From Eledone cirrhosa (taxonomy: Eukaryota), in assembly GCA_964016885.1 (NCBI GenBank), contig OZ024740.1, positions 71,734,001 to 71,798,000 of the forward strand: a stretch of 64,000 nt of DNA, in the 5' to 3' direction. The position numbers and the translations under genes were made by a program. Shown piece after piece: positions 57,010-64,000 of this stretch. The first letter of the stretch is position 1; every line of letters starts with the position of its first letter. The notes below the pieces were generated by a model, which saw only the letters and a list, made by a program, of their open reading frames with translations, did no database searches and was not told the origin of the DNA.

Positions 57010-57613
57010 TGGTGGCTGCCAACTCGTTTTCGAGTACGGCCACTACTTTATATCCATGTAGGAGAACCCCTACCGATGCGCTGAACGAGTATGACTTTTT
57101 AGTCCAGCCAGCGACTTGAAAACTCTGGTACAAACACTACACTTGTGACAATTATTGACTCATAGTGGGCCCATGGTACCATATGATGACAAGTGCAGAG
57201 AGATCTCCAGATATAAAGCAATGCCTGTGCCGTGAAGCTTTTATAGTGAGCAAAGGCACTGCACAAAGCCAGTCCCACTCTCTTAACCAAGATGATATTT
57301 ACCAAAAAGAAGAACAAGTCAACATCATTGGATACCATCAGGGTTGCAGGTGTTATATCAGAGTTTTCTTTCTCCTAGAATTCTGCCTTGACAAAGGCTA
57401 AGGGGTCATCTCTCCCGGTGATTTTGGAAGGCCATTGACTCTTAAGAGCTCCTTTGCCCTTTGACAGGTTTTGTTTTTAGTCCTGCAGAATGTCCAAAGT
57501 CACCCTCCTCACCAAGAAACCTTGGTGGGGTTGCCAGTTTAGTTGCCAACGACCCGACCATGAGACAGGTTGTACTGGGATACATGTTACCAGTAGCACC
57601 AACTGGTGACCTG
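57010..57613 (-). mobile_element. Probable 5' UTR remnant of another RTE-type LINE
   Basis: GC-richer block between (TA)n tracts with CTAGGAGAAAGAAAACTCTGA, resembling RTE 5' UTRs from memory; no convincing ORF. Confidence 0.35.
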
Positions 57614-57641
57614 ACATACACATATATATATATACATACAC

Positions 57642-57672
<31 letters not shown>

Positions 57673-57689
57673 TATATATATACACACAC

Positions 57690-57720
<31 letters not shown>

Positions 57721-57843
57721 TATATACACACATATATATATATATACATATATATATATACGTTATTCCGGGTTGAATCGGAGGTAACCACAGTAAGTAA
57801 GGTACTCAATACATAGCAGAGTATAACAGTTTTAATATAGATG

Positions 57844-57894
57844 AGATTCTACAGGACTAGAACTGTTTCATTCATTAGAAATCATCAGGAATCT
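57844..57894 (-). ncRNA. Type I hammerhead ribozyme in a Penelope-like terminal repeat
   Basis: Minus strand AGAUUC-CUGAUGA-UUUC(UAAU)GAAU-GAAA-CAG(UUCUAGUC)CUG-UA-GAAUCU: intact core, 6-bp stem I, GUA cleavage triplet. Confidence 0.8.
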
Positions 57895-58348
57895 GGGTAT
57901 CAAAAAATAAATAAATATGGTATTTATAGGTCTCTACAAGTGGTAGGAGAGGGTGGGGAGTACATATATACATATATATACATATATATACATATATATG
58001 AAGGACAAAACCTCAGAATTTGTCAACTCTTATTAAATGGTCAGTCGATTCTACGAAAATGTAATGTATTATAGAACATTTTCTTCTTGTCTCCTTAAAA
58101 CCTGGTTCATTCATCCATATATATCTACAATCGTTGCTATCCTTGTCCTAAATTAATCTTCTCCACACTTGTTCTAAATAATCTTCTCTTTGCTAACTAC
58201 CCCATATCCCTCCCTTCCGCCCCCACTCTCCACCTTTACTATTTGGACCAATCAATAGTCAACGGCCTATGCTATCACTACTGGTTGCTTTTCGATATGA
58301 TGGATGGACTAAGGAATTTCTGGAGAGTCTGAAGAATCTGGACACTCG

Positions 58349-61300
58349 ATGACAATGCCAAAGATAACAACAAATTCACCTCATGCTGCCGGACGAAAGG
58401 GCAAGCCCCCCCCCCCCCCCCCCCTGTTTCGGCCGCGGATGGCCAACATAACCCAAAACTCATTCCCCTCACCCCTCCCCGCGCCCCATCCTCCAAACAC
58501 AATCCAAAACTTCAGAGTTGGTACCATGAATGTAGGCACCTTAAAAGGCCGCTCTAACGAGGTTGTAGAATTGCTTGAACGTAAGGAGGTTGATGTTTGC
58601 TGTATCCAAGAGACCAGGTGGAGGGGCGGGTCTGCTAGATTCATTGTGGGTAAAAAACGTTGCTATAAGCTTTTCTGGGTGGGGAATGACAATGGGATAG
58701 GTGGGGTAGGAATCATGTTAGCAGAAAAATGGGTGGATAAGATAATAGATGTAAATAGAGTGAATGACAGAATAATTAAAATAAGACTTGTTCTAAATAG
58801 AACTACTGTGACAGTAATATCTGCATACACGCCCCAATCTGGACTGCCTGGCGCTATAACAGACAGATTCTATGAGACACTGATGCTCACTACCTCCCAA
58901 ATAACCGACAGTGACTATATAATTATTGCTGGCGACCTAAATGGCCACGTTGGACAACATTGTGACGGCTATGACGGAATCCACGGAGGCTATGGGTTTG
59001 GTACTAGAAATGAGGAAGGCTCCAGAATCCTGGAATTCTGTGATGCAAATAACCTAACTATCTGTAACACTAACTTAAAAAAACGAGACAATCACTTGAT
59101 CACCTACAGATCAGGGGAACATACCAGCCAGGTAGATTATATCCTTACCAGAAGACGTGACAGAGTGTCTGTTGTAAACACTAAATCCCTCCCCCATGAA
59201 GAATGCACCTCCCAACATAGACTCATAATTAGCGACCTCATAGTCAGGACGAGACGTACTAGACAGCAGAAGAGGACTATCCTCAGGAGAAAAATATGGA
59301 AGCTAAAGGATCCCACAGCCAGAAATAAATTTCAAAGCATATTACTTGATGCTTTCGACAGTAAGGAAGAGCAATTAGAGTCGTACAAGGTAGAGGAACA
59401 GTGGGAATTCCTGAAAGCAAACCTGCTGATGGCGGCAGACGAAGTCTGTGGCTGGGGCAGGCCTGTAGGCAGGAGGAGAGTAACATGGTGGTGGAACAGT
59501 AAGGTGGAGGGGTCAATCAAGGCCTAAAAGCAGGCTTGGAAAGCATGGCGGGATGGGGGAAGTAGTGAAGACTATCAAGTGGCCAGGAGGGAAACTAGGA
59601 GACAAGTGTACTTCGCAAGAAGGGAAGCAGAGGAAAGAAAGTTCAAGCATGTTCTACAACGCGAGGACCAAAAACGTGAGGTGTTCAGAATTGCTAGGCA
59701 ATGTGTCAAGGAAAACCGTGATATTGTCGGGGAGAAGTGTGTACTTAACGATGATGGCGTACTTGCCATCACTGACGCTGATAAGAAGGTAGCTTGGAAG
59801 TGTCACTACGAAAGGCTACTAAATGAGGAGAATAAATGGGAGAAAGACAGTCTCCCCCACATCGACCCAATAGAGGGACCAGCAGTGTTAGTCGAAGGTA
59901 GTATAATAAGTAAGGCAATCAAACATATGAAGACGGGTAAGGCGGCTGGGCCTTCGGAAATAGTTGCTGAGATGCTGAAAGCCTCTGGAATGGTGGGACA
60001 CACCATGGTCACCCGGATAGTAAACCAAGTCATACAGAATGGGGTTGTTCCGAAGGACTGGCGTAGCAGCATCATCATTAACTGTTACAAGAGTAAAGGA
60101 GACGCCCTAGATAGGAGTAACTATAGAGGCATTAAACTAATCGACCAGGTCATGAAGGTCACGGAAAAAGTAATAGCGCAACTAATCAGAGAGAGAATTG
60201 ATCTAAATGAAATGCAGTTCGGGTTTGTGTCAGGCAAAAGTACCACAGACGCTCTTTTCATTGTACGACAACTACAGGAGAAGTACCTAGCTAAAAGTAA
60301 ACCCCTATACTTAGCTTTTGTCGACTTGGAGAAAGCCTTCGACAGAGTCCCCCGTTCCATTATCTGGTGGGCTCTTAGAAAACTAGGTGTTGATGAATGG
60401 CTTGTGAGAGCTATACAAGCCATGTATAAAGAAACAGTCAGCAAGGTTAGAATTAACAACGAATATAGTGAAGAGTTTAGCGTAAAAGTTGGTGTCCATC
60501 AGGGCTCTGTTCTTAGCCCCCTACTATTTATTATTGCCCTTCAGGCTATAACAGAGGAGTTCAAGACCGGCTGCCCATGGGAACTCCTATACGCAGATGA
60601 TCTAACGCTCATAGCTGAATCAATGGCCGAGCTAGAGAAGAAATTCAAAACATGGAAGCATGGCCTAGAATCAAAAGGCCTTAAAATTAACCTAGCTAAG
60701 ACTAAAGTTCTAGTTTGTAGGAAAGAAAATAAGGCGCCGGTCCCTTCCAGGAAATGGCCATGCTCAGTGTGTAGGAAAGGCGTAGGTAGAAACTCCATTT
60801 TATGTCCCAAATGCAAAGTATGGGTGCATAAAAGATGTAGTGGGATCACAGGTAAGTTAACTAAGAACATAGATTTTACATGTGGCCGGTGCTCTGGTGC
60901 AATAAGTAGCAGCAAGTGCACACAAAATACTAGCTCTTTCAATTGCACAGAGGGTTCTATAGAAATAGTGGACAGCTTCCGTTACCTGGGTGACAAAATC
61001 AGCAGTGTTGGAGGGTGCTCTGAAAGTACAGTAGCTAGAGTCAGAACTGGATGGAAAAAGTTCAGAGAGCTTATACCACTATTAGCCGCTAAAGGGTTCT
61101 CCCTAAAAATGAAAGGCGGGTTGTACGATGCCTGCATACGAACAGCAATGTTGCATGGCAGTGAGACCTGAGCATTGTGTGCAGAGGATATACGCAGACT
61201 AGAGAGGAATGAAGCTTGCATGCTCTGCTGGATGTGTAATAGTAATATACGTGAACGGCAAAGCATAAACGAACTAAGGAAAAAATTAGAAATAAGAGGG

Positions 61301-61546
61301 ATCAGATGTTGTTTACTCGAGAGAAGGCTACGTTGGTATGGTCACGTGATGCGCATGAAAGACGACAGCTGTATAACAAAGTGCAGGACAATAAAGATAG
61401 ATGGTAGCCACGGAGTAGGCAGACCCAGAAAAACCTGGGACGAGCTGATAAATACCGACCTCACACACTTACACCTCTCCAAGACAATGTCACTGGACCG
61501 AGACCTTTGGCGGTACTCAGTAATAGAGAAGACCCGCCTTACCTAA
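58349..61546 (+). mobile_element. RTE-clade LINE ORF (APE endonuclease + reverse transcriptase + PHD-type finger), near full length, two in-frame stops
   Basis: Three ORF-track segments share one frame; APE motifs GTMNVGTL, CIQETRW, AGDLNGHVG, QVDYIL, SQHRL; RT motifs NYRGIKL, QFGF, FVDLEKAFDRV, GVHQGSVLSP, YADD, FRYLG; stops TAA 59525-59527 and TGA 61169-61171. Confidence 0.95.
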
Positions 61547-62033
61547 ATACAAAGTAAAACCTACTACAGTCAGTAGGCATCTCTAACAAAATACCCCCCC
61601 CCCCCCCCATCCCCACCGCCCCTTTCAATGTAAAGTTATGTTGGTGCCACAACATCCAGGCCGAAACAAATGAGATTGTGTAGGTGTCACGACAAAAAAC
61701 ACACAGTCCACGCTGTAATGTGGCCGTGTAGGCAACACGGTAAAAACCTCCCAGTCCCACACTGTAAATGTGGTTGGTGTTAGGAAGGGCATCCAGCTGT
61801 AGAAAACACGCCAGACAGTCCACGCTGTAATGTGGCCGTGTAGGCAACACGGTAAAAACCTCCCAGCCCCACACTGTAAATGTGGTTGGTGTTAGGAAGG
61901 GCATCCAACTGTAGAAAACCCGCCAGACAGTCCTATGCGAGCAAGACAACCACTCTTGCCTCAAGTGGGAAAACCCCCGTCCAAACCCATGCAAGCGTGG
62001 AACACGGACGCTAAACGATAATGATGATGATGA
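61547..62033 (+). mobile_element. 3' UTR and (TGA)n tail of the RTE LINE
   Basis: Same sequence follows the RTE fragments near 5000-5350 (+) and 5440-5830 (-); ends in GACGCTAAACGATAATGATGATGATGA. Confidence 0.85.
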
Positions 62034-62056
62034 TACACATATATATCATTTCATTT

Positions 62057-63257
<1,201 letters not shown>

Positions 63258-63309
63258 ATATATACACATATATATATACACATATATATACACATATATA
63301 TATATATAT

Positions 63310-63354
<45 letters not shown>

Positions 63355-63743
63355 TATATATATATATACACATATATATACACACATATATATATATATA
63401 TACACATATATATACACATATATATACACATATACATACATATACACATATATATATACACATACACATACATATACACATATACATACATATACACATA
63501 AACATACATATACATATATATATATACACATATACATATATATACTTATACATATATATACATATATATATATATATACACATAAACATATATATACTTA
63601 TACATATATATACATATATATATACATATATATACGTATACATATATATATATACATACATATATACACATATACATATATATATATACACATATATATA
63701 TATATACACATATATATACATATATATACATACATATATATAC

Positions 63744-63788
<45 letters not shown>

Positions 63789-63809
63789 TATATATACACA
63801 TATATATAC

Positions 63810-63850
<41 letters not shown>

Positions 63851-63855
63851 TATAT
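63258..63855. repeat. Compound (TA)n/(CA)n microsatellite
   Basis: About 600 bp of dinucleotide repeats. Confidence 0.97.
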
Positions 63856-64000
63856 TCATTAGTTAAACAAAACAAGACCACAAATTTCACAAGGAAGACA
63901 TTATTAAAAGATTGTCAACATATTTAGTTTGATGTAAGGAATGTAGAGAATAATAATATTGATAATTTGATAATAATGCCCGTTTACAATTGTTTCGCTA

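Noticed and set aside
57480-57570. HDV-like ribozyme in the RTE-like 5' remnant
   Set aside because: A CCTCCTC and a hairpin are present, but I could not build the P1/P2/P3 nested pseudoknot by eye on either strand.
59806-61266. Minus-strand ORFs over the LINE
   Set aside because: Antisense shadows of the RTE coding frame with no independent motifs.

Overview
Repeat-rich, AT-rich animal genomic DNA. The SINE families, (TA)n/(CA)n/(CAT)n load and RTE LINE suggest an octopus-like cephalopod; this is inference and was not verified. Two spliced housekeeping genes converge. DDX42 (+ strand) is complete: 21 coding exons, 6872-36713, about 765 aa, all GT-AG with consistent phases. COMMD3 (- strand) is represented by its last five coding exons, 54854 down to 46160; its 5' exons are not in the window. 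A GC-richer segment at 1-724 looks like the DDX42 promoter/first exon and possibly a divergent gene. Introns and intergenic DNA hold a near-intact RTE LINE with a PHD-type finger (58349-61546), RTE/CR1/R4 fragments, two tRNA-SINE families, hAT, Tc1-mariner, pogo-like and TTAA-type MITEs, and several minisatellites. The most notable non-obvious signals: (1) a well-formed type I hammerhead ribozyme (57844-57894, - strand, sense to the COMMD3 intron), plus two more hammerhead-core remnants in Penelope-like termini, one at the centre of a 119-bp palindrome; (2) minisatellites visibly born from transposon parts; (3) a decayed reading frame reminiscent of a Polinton/adintovirus penton gene. No prokaryotic systems or CRISPR arrays. 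All assignments were made by eye; no database searches were run.
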